From: an uncultured Ruminococcus sp.
GTDB taxonomy: Bacteria > Bacillota > Clostridia > Oscillospirales > Ruminococcaceae
NCBI RefSeq assembly: GCF_934476685.1
Contig: NZ_CAKSNX010000005.1
Coordinates: forward strand, 23,116-87,115
Reading direction: 5' to 3'
DNA length: 64,000 nucleotides
Positions 1-8,034 of this stretch are shown here, in pieces. The translations under genes were made by a program, and so were the position numbers. The notes under the pieces are model-generated. The model had not been told where the DNA came from. It ran no database searches and was given only the letters and a program-made list of their open reading frames with translations. Every line of letters begins with the position of its first letter. Within the stretch, counting starts at the first letter, position 1.

Positions 1-515
1 TGAAGCGTGACAAAATAGCTGAACTTGCAAAGGTACTTAAGTTAAACCCCGTTTCTCTTATTACAGGAGAAGAGGAAGTTGATGATACATCTGATATTTT
101 TGATGACTTTGACAATATCAAGCCATTGCAACTCAAAAGATTTCCACTGCTGGGCGAAATAGCTTGCGGAAAACCTATTTTTGCCGACGAAGATCATGAA
201 AGCTATGTTATGGCTGATACAGATATCCATGCTGACTTCTGCCTTAAAGCTAAAGGCGACAGTATGATCAATGCAAGAATTTTCGATGGTGATGTTGTAT
301 TTATCCGCAAAATGCCTATGGTAGAGAACGGAGATATTGCAGCTGTTATCATTGACGATGAGGCTACGCTGAAAAGAGTATATTATTATCCTGAAAAGAA
401 TAAGCTTATACTTAATCCTGAGAATCCAGCTTATGAACCACTTGTTTATATCAATGAGGAACTAAACTCTATTCGCATTCTCGGAAAAGCTGTGTGCTTT
501 ATGAGTGAGCTATAA
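1..515 (+). CDS. CI/LexA-like repressor (XRE HTH + S24 peptidase), 5' partial
   Basis: The frame is open from position 3 (KRDKIAELAKVLKLNPVSLITGEE looks like the end of an XRE HTH). The C-terminal S24 core has GDSM (Ser) and LKRV (Lys) motifs. No upstream stop is present, so the start lies outside the window. Confidence 0.8.
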   Translation, partial: KRDKIAELAKVLKLNPVSLITGEEEVDDTSDIFDDFDNIKPLQLKRFPLLGEIACGKPIFADEDHESYVMADTDIHADFCLKAKGDSMINARIFDGDVVFIRKMPMVENGDIAAVIIDDEATLKRVYYYPEKNKLILNPENPAYEPLVYINEELNSIRILGKAVCFMSEL

Positions 516-677
516 AAAAATCCCCCTGCCGATACCGCTAATATCGACAAGGGGACAGCACACAAGATTTTCTCTCATGTGGTTACAAATATATTATATC
601 ACTAAATTATGACAATGTAAATATTTGCATAGAATGTTTACAAACGTCGAAAAATGTGACATTTAGGAGGAAATTGT

Positions 678-1748
678 ATGTTTTGTATGAGATGTGGTAA
701 AAATATCCCTGATTCAAGCAGGGTATGTCCGAACTGCGGCTTTCAGCTCCCTTCTATGGGTGCTGCTCCCAATATGCACAATAATCAAAATATTCCTAAC
801 GGGCAGAATATGTCCGGCTTTCAGCAGAACGGCAATATGAACAATATGAATGGCAGTTATCAGACTCCGCCAAACTATATCCCGAACGTTCCCCAGAATT
901 TTAAACCGCCAAAGAAAAAAAGCGGCTGTCTGTCATGGCTTTTGCTTATACTTATAATTATCGTAGTTGTGTTCGCAGGCTCTGCGATCTATGCCAGCCA
1001 TGAGGTCAACAAGGGAGATAACAGCGGAAATAAATCTGCGTTCACTCAGGAAGAATACAAAGAGCAATGTAACCCTATCTCATATGACGAAATGTCAAGA
1101 AACAGCAATGCATTCAAAGGAAAGTATTTCACCTGCTCCGGCGAGATCTCTCAGGAGATAGAAGAGGGACTTTACAGACTTACCCTCGATGATTCAAGAG
1201 AGTTCATCGTAATAGACTACCCAGGTCAAAGACTTCTTGAAGACGATCATGTGACTATATGGGGACAAAGTGTGGGATTTTTCAATGGAACGAACATACT
1301 TAACAGTAATATTAAGGTTCCGAAAATAGAAGTCGCATATCTTGAAAAATCCGAAAAGGTGATCCCGACCTTCAATATAGGGGAAACATGGACAGTTGAC
1401 GGCGAATGGAGCATAACCATAGATTCCGTAACCGTTACCGATGAGCGCAATGAATTTTCGGATAAAGACCCTGCTGCGGTCTATATAGTGAACTATACAT
1501 ATGAAAACCTCGGTGCAAAAGATGATCTGTATGTATCTTTCTATGACTGTGCAGTGGATAATCAGGGTACAATGGGTTACTCATATCCTATCAATATAAC
1601 ATCTCCTAAAATGACTCCAAAAGGCGCAAAATGCAGCGCACAGGCATGCATAGCCGTAGATAATGCAGGCAGCTTTACGATCAATTACTCCGACTATGAC
1701 AGTAACCTCAACGAACGTGAGGCTGTGTTTAATATTAATGTTGAATAA
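678..1748 (+). CDS. Zinc-ribbon membrane protein with a DUF4352-like extracytoplasmic beta domain
   Basis: AGGAGG RBS 7 nt upstream. N-terminal CxxC...CxxC (MRCGKNIP..CPNCG), an N/Q/P-rich linker, one TM segment (WLLLILIIIVVVFAG), and a C-terminal domain resembling DUF4352. Confidence 0.6.
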   Translation: MFCMRCGKNIPDSSRVCPNCGFQLPSMGAAPNMHNNQNIPNGQNMSGFQQNGNMNNMNGSYQTPPNYIPNVPQNFKPPKKKSGCLSWLLLILIIIVVVFAGSAIYASHEVNKGDNSGNKSAFTQEEYKEQCNPISYDEMSRNSNAFKGKYFTCSGEISQEIEEGLYRLTLDDSREFIVIDYPGQRLLEDDHVTIWGQSVGFFNGTNILNSNIKVPKIEVAYLEKSEKVIPTFNIGETWTVDGEWSITIDSVTVTDERNEFSDKDPAAVYIVNYTYENLGAKDDLYVSFYDCAVDNQGTMGYSYPINITSPKMTPKGAKCSAQACIAVDNAGSFTINYSDYDSNLNEREAVFNINVE

Positions 1749-1836
1749 AACAAAGTTAAATAGAAAAAATTACTGAACACTATGAATAAAATCTAGCAGA
1801 AGTGCATAAAAATATAATGCTGGTACAAAATAGCTG

Positions 1837-1864
1837 TTGACAAAATATTTTTTTGTGCTATAAT
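1837..1864 (+). promoter_or_regulatory. Sigma-70-type promoter upstream of the Abi gene
   Basis: TTGACA (1837-1842), a 16-nt spacer, then extended -10 TGcTATAAT (1856-1864). Confidence 0.55.
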
Positions 1865-1912
1865 ATGTATTAGTGATCGCGTTACGGTATCCTGCGGGAC
1901 CGTAACCATGAA

Positions 1913-1946
1913 AAGCCTTCTGCTTTATGCGGGAGGCTTTTATTTT
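1913..1946 (+). terminator. Leader hairpin plus U-tract that overlaps the Abi RBS (attenuator-like)
   Basis: An 11-bp stem pairs aagccttctgc (1913-1923) with gcgggaggctt (1929-1939), including two G-U pairs, and is followed by ttattttat. The GGAGG RBS (1932-1936) lies in the 3' arm. A second hairpin, gttacggt/accgtaac, lies at 1881-1906. Confidence 0.45.
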
Positions 1947-2882
1947 ATGCCTGAAGATAAAATTTTTGCAACATATGACGAACAGATCGCAATTTTAAGA
2001 GAAAAAGGACTTTCTGTTACAAATGAAGAAGCAACAATAAAATGGCTGAAAAAGATCAGCTATTATTCCCTTATTTCAGGATACAAAGATATCTTTAAAG
2101 AAAAACCGAACGGAAATTACATATCAGGTACTGAATTTGAACATATAGTATGTTTGTACTTATTTGATGAAAATTTGAGAAGCGTGTTTTTACAGTTTAT
2201 AATAAAGATCGAAAAAAATATAAAATCACTTTACTCATACAGCTTTTGCGAATCATATGGTGACAAACAAAATGATTATCTTAACGTTACGAATTATAAT
2301 TGCAATAAATACGAAGCAGAAATAAATGAGCTGATCTCAATTATAAAAGAAAATATAAATAAGTCTAAAAAATATCCTTATGTAAATCATTATGTCAAAA
2401 AACATAAAAAAGAAGTGCCATTGTGGGTAATTATGAATACTTTGACATTTGGCAATATTTCTAAAATGTTTTCATTCTCTCAGCAGTCCTTGCAAAGTAA
2501 GATAGCCCGCAATTTCAAAGATGTTAACGGCAAAAAATTATCAACTATGCTCAATGTTATCTCAAAATTCAGAAATGTGTGCGCTCATGGTGAGAGATTG
2601 TACAACTTTAAAACCAAAAGTGCTATTCCGGATCTGCCACTGCATAAAAAGATCAGAGGTTCTTACAACGTAGGTAAAAAGGATCTGTTTAACGTCTGTA
2701 TTGCATTCAGATACTTGCTTTCTAAATATGATTTTGAAATGTTTTTAGAAGAATTGAAAGAATTAATAGATATATACTTTGATCGTCTGAATGATTATTA
2801 CAGAAGTGAAATACTTGAAAAAATGGGTTTCCCCGACAACTGGGAAGAGTTATTAAAACTAGAACAGGAGGTCAAACCATGA
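1947..2882 (+). CDS. Abi_2 (AbiD/AbiF-like) abortive-infection family protein
   Basis: The N-terminus YDEQIAILREKGLSV..ISYYSLISGYKDIF...FEHIVCLYLFDENLRSVF matches the remembered Abi_2 family pattern. The track ORF starts at 1908, but its first 13 codons are encoded by the leader hairpin. The ATG at 1947 has the GGAGG RBS. Confidence 0.8.
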   Translation: MPEDKIFATYDEQIAILREKGLSVTNEEATIKWLKKISYYSLISGYKDIFKEKPNGNYISGTEFEHIVCLYLFDENLRSVFLQFIIKIEKNIKSLYSYSFCESYGDKQNDYLNVTNYNCNKYEAEINELISIIKENINKSKKYPYVNHYVKKHKKEVPLWVIMNTLTFGNISKMFSFSQQSLQSKIARNFKDVNGKKLSTMLNVISKFRNVCAHGERLYNFKTKSAIPDLPLHKKIRGSYNVGKKDLFNVCIAFRYLLSKYDFEMFLEELKELIDIYFDRLNDYYRSEILEKMGFPDNWEELLKLEQEVKP

Positions 2883-4348
2883 AGATCGCTGCAGCTTATA
2901 TCCGTGTGTCTACTGAGGAGCAGACCGAACTTTCACCCGATTCGCAGGTCAGACTTATCCGTGAGTACGCTAAGAAAAACGGCTATATTCTCCCCGATGA
3001 GTTCATCTTTCACGACGACGGCATTTCGGGCAGGACTACTGCAAAGCGCCCAGGCTTTAATCAGATGATAGGTACGGCAAAGCTCAAACCTAAGCCTTTC
3101 GACGCTATCCTGCTGTGGAAATTCTCCCGTTTCGCCCGAAACCGTGAGGACAGTATCGTTTACAAATCCATGCTCCGCAAGCTGGGTATCGACGTTATAT
3201 CTATCTCCGAGAACGTCGGCGACGATAAAATGTCTGTGCTTATCGAGGCTATGATAGAGGCTATGGACGAGTATTACAGCATAAATCTTGCCGAAGAGGT
3301 CAAGCGTGGTATGCTGGAAAAACTCAGCCGTGGAAAGGCTGTGAATGCTCCGCCTATCGGGTACACCATTAAAGACGGCACATATGTCCCCGACGCAAAT
3401 GCCGACCTCATCAAGCGGATATTCAGCGACTTCCTTGACGGCATAGGCTACCTCAACATCGCCCGCAGGCTAAATGACGAGGGGTACAGGACACTCAAGG
3501 GCAACAGGTTTGAAAACCGCACCATAGAGTACATTATCCGCAACCCCGTCTACGCAGGAAAGCTCCGCTGGACACCCGGCGGAGGCGGTTCACGCAGCCA
3601 TTATCACGGCTCACAGGAGGTTATGGTCACAGAGGGCAGCCACCAGCCTATTATCCCTCCCGACCTTTGGGAAAAGGCTCAGGAACGTGCCAACGAGCTG
3701 AAACAGCATTACGGGAAATTCGCAAGGGACAGCGCCGTCAAGAATGATTTTATGCTCCGTGGACTGCTGAGATGTTCCGACTGCGGCGCTGTGCTGGTCA
3801 ATTCGGGGGCAGGCTATCAGTGCCACAGGTATGCTCACGGGTTCTGCGAACATTCGCATTATATCTCAAAGGCAAAAGCAGACGAAGCGGTGCTGAAAGG
3901 TCTGCGTGAGGCTGCCGCCGATTCGGATATACATATAGAAACACGCTCCGCAAGGGAAAGGCAGACTGCCGCCGCAGAGAACACAGAGCTGCTGCTCCGA
4001 CGTGAGTACGAAAAGCTCCAGCGTGTCCGTGAAGCCTATGCCGCAGGGATAGATACTCTGGAGGAATACAAGGAAAACAAGCGCAGGCTCAATGAGGAGA
4101 TAGAAAGGCTCAAAGCCGTCAAGGCAAAGGCAGAGGAAAACAGACCGCCGATGACAAAGGAGCAGGCTCGCCGAACGCTTATGACCATGATAGATGATTT
4201 CCTTATCCTTGCCGCCGACCCCAACGTCACCCCCGCCGTCCTTAACAGCACACTGAGAACATTTGTGAGCAGTATCGTCTTTTCAAGATCCGACCGACCG
4301 AGGTCACGCAGAGAGGACGAGAAGGTCACGATTTTTTATTATGTATGA
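2879..4348 (+). CDS. Large serine recombinase (integrase/excisionase type)
   Basis: N-terminal resolvase catalytic domain (AAYIRVSTEEQ...SPDSQ), a recombinase domain, a Cys-rich zinc-ribbon (CSDCG...CHRYAHGFCEH) and a coiled-coil tail. ATGA overlap with the Abi stop. Confidence 0.9.
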   Translation: MKIAAAYIRVSTEEQTELSPDSQVRLIREYAKKNGYILPDEFIFHDDGISGRTTAKRPGFNQMIGTAKLKPKPFDAILLWKFSRFARNREDSIVYKSMLRKLGIDVISISENVGDDKMSVLIEAMIEAMDEYYSINLAEEVKRGMLEKLSRGKAVNAPPIGYTIKDGTYVPDANADLIKRIFSDFLDGIGYLNIARRLNDEGYRTLKGNRFENRTIEYIIRNPVYAGKLRWTPGGGGSRSHYHGSQEVMVTEGSHQPIIPPDLWEKAQERANELKQHYGKFARDSAVKNDFMLRGLLRCSDCGAVLVNSGAGYQCHRYAHGFCEHSHYISKAKADEAVLKGLREAAADSDIHIETRSARERQTAAAENTELLLRREYEKLQRVREAYAAGIDTLEEYKENKRRLNEEIERLKAVKAKAEENRPPMTKEQARRTLMTMIDDFLILAADPNVTPAVLNSTLRTFVSSIVFSRSDRPRSRREDEKVTIFYYV

Positions 4349-4462
4349 CTATCGGTTTTTGCAGTCTGCACCGCCAAGCTGACTTATAATGACCTTCGCC
4401 AGCGCAGGGTTCGGGTCCTTGATGTTTACAGGGTACTGTAATTTTTTCTCATACTGCCACAT
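4349..4462 (-). pseudogene. cotJC: cotJC 5' fragment (split gene): 33 conserved codons followed by CKNR-stop
   Basis: The minus strand from 4462 reads MWQYEKKLQYPVNIKDPNPALAKVIISQLGGAD|CKNR*. This matches the CotJC N-terminus (MW.YEKKLQYPV...NP.LAK..I.Q.GGADGEL). TGATG start/stop overlap with cotJB. Confidence 0.8.
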
Positions 4463-4725
4463 CAGCTCTCACCCCTTTCCCATGGAAAAGGCTCTGCTAC
4501 CCAGTCCCACTTCGTTTCTGCAAGGGACTGCCTTGCGGTTATCGGACCGTATTTTTTCGTGTATTCAGCCGCCGCCTTGTCGTATTCCTCTTTGTGCTTG
4601 CGGAAATACTCCAACCCCATTTTGCAGGTCGGGTGACTGTCAAGATACAGATTAGCCTCCACCAGCGCAAAACTGCATGACATCACCTTGCGCATCAGCC
4701 TCTGCTTTTCATTCAGCATGGGCAT
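4462..4725 (-). CDS. cotJB: Spore coat protein CotJB
   Basis: FALVEANLYLDSHP...YFRKH..Y..A...Y...YGPIT matches the CotJB family pattern. It lies between cotJA and the cotJC fragment. Confidence 0.85.
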   Translation of the reverse strand: MPMLNEKQRLMRKVMSCSFALVEANLYLDSHPTCKMGLEYFRKHKEEYDKAAAEYTKKYGPITARQSLAETKWDWVAEPFPWERGES

Positions 4726-4975
4726 TTCTTACAGCCTCCTCTCCGATAAACGGCTTATCAAGACTTGGGAAAATAGTTCCCCTCGCCAGCGCCACATCAC
4801 TCTCGTAAGGCGTTTCCCATTGCTGATACGGCACATATGCCATGGCAAGGGGCGTGCTTTTCGGGAATACCGAGTTCGGCAGAGGACAGCTCTCCACCCC
4901 GTCATCATTCTCCTTGGCAAACATTCTGCCCAGCAGCAGGCTCTCCGTTCTGCTAAGATCGTTCAATTTATCCAC
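4709..4975 (-). CDS. cotJA: Spore coat-associated protein CotJA
   Basis: LAMAYVPYQQWETPYESDVALARGTIFPSLDKPF matches the CotJA signature. The true start may be the TTG at 4966, which lies 8 nt after AAGGAG. Confidence 0.8.
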   Translation of the reverse strand: MDKLNDLSRTESLLLGRMFAKENDDGVESCPLPNSVFPKSTPLAMAYVPYQQWETPYESDVALARGTIFPSLDKPFIGEEAVRNAHAE

Positions 4976-5164
4976 TCCTTAAATCATTCATCTATTTTGT
5001 CGCTTTATGATCTTCATGATTTCTCCCGCCCTTTATACTATGCAGCCGACATAATTTGCGTGTGCCGTCTTGACGGAATTTTCGCACCGTGCTATACTTA
5101 TTAAGAAGCTCCCTGTTCTGCGGAGCATTTATTTTACCCGAAAATATGCAAAGGACGTTTTTTT

Positions 5165-5623
5165 ATGAATGAAATCCCCGTAAATACCGTAAATATCCCC
5201 GCCGATAAAAAAGCTTTCCGTGAGGATATAATTTCCTACTGCGCAGAAGTTTACAGCGTGTCCCCCGACTACCCTTGGGCAGACTCCCCCGATAACGCAG
5301 TGCTGCGCCATACCGATAATAAAAAATGGTTCGCCCTTATTATGAAAATATCCCCCGAAAAAATAGGCGCTGTCAGCAGCGAGGAGAAAATCTGGGTGAT
5401 GAATATAAAGTGCGACCCACTTATGACAGGCTCGCTCATACTGGACGAAGGAATTTTCCCCGCATACCATATGAATAAAAAAAGCTGGATAACTCTTGCG
5501 CTTGACGGCAGACTTGATATGTCAAAGGTCTGCGCCCTGCTTGATATGAGTTTTGAACTTACCGCACCGAAAATAAAAAAATCAAAAAAAGAAAAAAGCA
5601 CAAAACCCCATAATTTGAAATAA
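5165..5623 (+). CDS. MmcQ/YjbR family DNA-binding protein
   Basis: The pattern YPWADSPDNAVLRH..NKKWFALIM...NIKCDP...L is typical of YjbR/MmcQ. Confidence 0.7.
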   Translation: MNEIPVNTVNIPADKKAFREDIISYCAEVYSVSPDYPWADSPDNAVLRHTDNKKWFALIMKISPEKIGAVSSEEKIWVMNIKCDPLMTGSLILDEGIFPAYHMNKKSWITLALDGRLDMSKVCALLDMSFELTAPKIKKSKKEKSTKPHNLK

Positions 5624-5735
5624 AGCCAAATAAATACGCAAAAATTCAGAAATTAGCTTGAAATTTAACTTAATTAATGATATAATAAATTGTATAAGCA
5701 TACAGACCTTATGCAAAAGAAACGGAGATACCACT

Positions 5736-6578
5736 ATGGAAAAATTTAAGAATTATAAAAAGAAAAACAACATAAAACTTCGCTCTGCCGCTGCCCTTAC
5801 AGTAGCAGTCATACTCGCCTGCACAATGCTTGCAGGCTGCGGCTCTGATAAAAATTCATCGGACGCAAGCTCTTCCGCTAAAAATTCTTCCGCCGTAACA
5901 AGCTCAGCAGACAGCAGCCTTGCGGATAAGACGGAGGAAAGCAGCAGCACTGCCGACAGTGCAAAGTCTGACGATACCTCCACCGCCGACAGCACAGCCG
6001 ATCCCGCAGTGGAGGGAAAGCCTTCACCCGATAACTCCAACGTCATAGTCTATGAACCCGAAAAAAGCGAGGACGAGCTGACCGATGATGAAATTTCTGT
6101 GTTTGAGGGAAAAATACCCGAAAAATGGGCGGACGTAAAGGGTACATATGAGCAGATAGAAAATTCCGCAAGGGACGACAGCACTGTCCCCTCAGAAATA
6201 ACCAAAGATACCCTCAAAGAGCAGACCGATAAGCTCAGCGCAGATTACGAAAAAATTAAGGACGGCATAACCGACAGCAATAAGTCCGCCGCCGAGGACG
6301 CTTACGAAGCCGCAAGCAAGCTTGAATACTGGGGCGAAGAAAAGTACCCGTATGCAAAGGATTCGGAGATCGTAAGGCTCAGCAAAAATATGAAAAAGTT
6401 TATCAAGCACCTCTACGGCGAGGCTGAGGACGATTTCAACGTGCTGAAAAGCGATATAGAAATTTCTATCGACTCTGTAAATAACTATTCCGATGAGGAT
6501 TGGGCGGAGTCCGTCGAACTCTATATGTCCTACCTCTATCAGAATTTCGATGAGGACGCTGTCGACGAGGACGCTTAA
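5736..6578 (+). CDS. Acidic, Ser-rich lipoprotein of unknown function
   Basis: GGAG RBS before the ATG at 5736. Signal peptide with lipobox LAGC|GSD. The TTG-extended track ORF (5658) is unlikely to be the true start. Confidence 0.6.
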   Translation: MEKFKNYKKKNNIKLRSAAALTVAVILACTMLAGCGSDKNSSDASSSAKNSSAVTSSADSSLADKTEESSSTADSAKSDDTSTADSTADPAVEGKPSPDNSNVIVYEPEKSEDELTDDEISVFEGKIPEKWADVKGTYEQIENSARDDSTVPSEITKDTLKEQTDKLSADYEKIKDGITDSNKSAAEDAYEAASKLEYWGEEKYPYAKDSEIVRLSKNMKKFIKHLYGEAEDDFNVLKSDIEISIDSVNNYSDEDWAESVELYMSYLYQNFDEDAVDEDA

Positions 6579-6730
6579 AAGGCTATACTATTATAATGTA
6601 TAAAGGCTGCATCGCTCAAAGGCTTTGCAGTCTTTTTTTGATAAATTTAATTACATTTACTGTTGCAATTTCCAAAATACTGTGATATAATTAATAAAAA
6701 TAAAAAATATAATTAAAGGGGATAACTTAT

Positions 6731-7849
6731 ATGAGATCAGACTTCAGACGCTCAAAAATTATGTGCCTTTGCCTTTGTCTGACCTGTGGGCTGTGTTTTT
6801 CCTCCTGCGGAGAAACCGGCAGCGGCGCAGCACAAAAACGGCATAGTTCCGACAGCCAAACCACCACCACCGTCACAGTCTCCGCTCCAGCCGAAAACTC
6901 ACCCGAAAATGTGGGTACGCAGGCTGACCACCTTGGCATAAAGGACGATATCAGAGCCTTGTTCGGTCACGAACGAAAGTCCACCACCACTACCACGACT
7001 TTCACCACCACAACTACCAATGCAGCTGAGTATGAAAAAGAACTGCGCTCTATGTATACCCTCACCATGGACGATAACTTCGTCGTCACAAGGAGCGGCA
7101 GCATAGGCGATGACCTTATATGGAAAATAACCTTTAACGGTCAGACCGTCCTCGAACGCAATGCGGAGAGCGAACTTACTTTCAAGTACGACTGGTACGG
7201 CGCAGGGGATTATACCATTACCCTTACAAGCTTTATCAGCGGCGAGTACCGCCCTGTCAGCAATACAGTGGAGTACACCATCAGCTTGAAAGATACCCGT
7301 GTGTCACCAAACGAGGAGAGCATACTTAAACTGAAAAAGTCCCTTAAATCCATTTGCAGCAGGTCATATTCCTTCGACAGCGACGCCGATGATACTGTAT
7401 ACCTCGAAAAGCGTATGGGCGTAATATGCGACCCCAACCATGACGGATATATGGAGAGCATAGTTTTCTATGCAGGAACATCGAACAGCGGCAGCAATAT
7501 CCAGCAGGTCTACTGCTCCGACCGCGATATCTTCCTCCCCGATTCCTATGACGATTCCCTTACCTACTATGTGTGGTTCGATGCCGATACAAAGCAGGAT
7601 TACCTCTGCAAAGTGACAGTCAGCGGCTCTGAGACTACCGCCAAAGATGCCTTTACGGACGATATCCTGTGGTCAAAGTCCAATAAGAACGGCTGTACAC
7701 TCTTTGGAAAACAGGTTTCCGCCGAGGAGCTTGAAAATCTAGGATTTTATGAGAACGCACTGACCTTCAATACCGATACCGAACCCGATAACGACAATGT
7801 ATGGGTATCGAGGAATAATAAGCCTTCCTTTGAGGGAATGTATTCCTAA
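6731..7849 (+). CDS. Lipoprotein of unknown function (Thr-rich linkers)
   Basis: RBS AAAGGGG. Signal peptide with lipobox FSSC|GE. No family recognised. Confidence 0.6.
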   Translation: MRSDFRRSKIMCLCLCLTCGLCFSSCGETGSGAAQKRHSSDSQTTTTVTVSAPAENSPENVGTQADHLGIKDDIRALFGHERKSTTTTTTFTTTTTNAAEYEKELRSMYTLTMDDNFVVTRSGSIGDDLIWKITFNGQTVLERNAESELTFKYDWYGAGDYTITLTSFISGEYRPVSNTVEYTISLKDTRVSPNEESILKLKKSLKSICSRSYSFDSDADDTVYLEKRMGVICDPNHDGYMESIVFYAGTSNSGSNIQQVYCSDRDIFLPDSYDDSLTYYVWFDADTKQDYLCKVTVSGSETTAKDAFTDDILWSKSNKNGCTLFGKQVSAEELENLGFYENALTFNTDTEPDNDNVWVSRNNKPSFEGMYS

Positions 7850-7867
7850 TATAATAACAAATACTGC

Positions 7868-7897
7868 GGCGGCACTTTGATAAGTGCTGCCTTTTTT
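7868..7897 (+). terminator. Rho-independent terminator
   Basis: Stem ggcggcact/agtgctgcc followed by a T6 run. Confidence 0.6.
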
Positions 7898-8034
7898 GCC
7901 GAATAATTTTGTAAACAAACTGTTAAAAGTGCATTTTTATCATTGACTTGGAGTAAACTCAAAGTGCTATAATATCAAACATAAAAGAAAGACAAAAAAA
8001 GAAAAAAAGCAAAAAAAATAACGGAGGTAATATT

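Larger units (their letters stand above)
1..4364 (+). mobile_element. Right-hand end of an integrated prophage-like / skin-like intervening element; it continues beyond the left edge of the window
   Basis: Co-directional lysogeny-type genes (S24 repressor, membrane protein, Abi, large serine recombinase). They end about 16 bp from the point where similarity to cotJC breaks off (about 4361-4366). Confidence 0.7.

Noticed and set aside
1908-1946. A 13-codon N-terminal extension of the Abi ORF (MKSLLLYAGGFYF)
   Set aside because: These codons are the terminator-like hairpin itself. The ATG at 1947 has the GGAGG RBS, and the family-conserved sequence begins after it.
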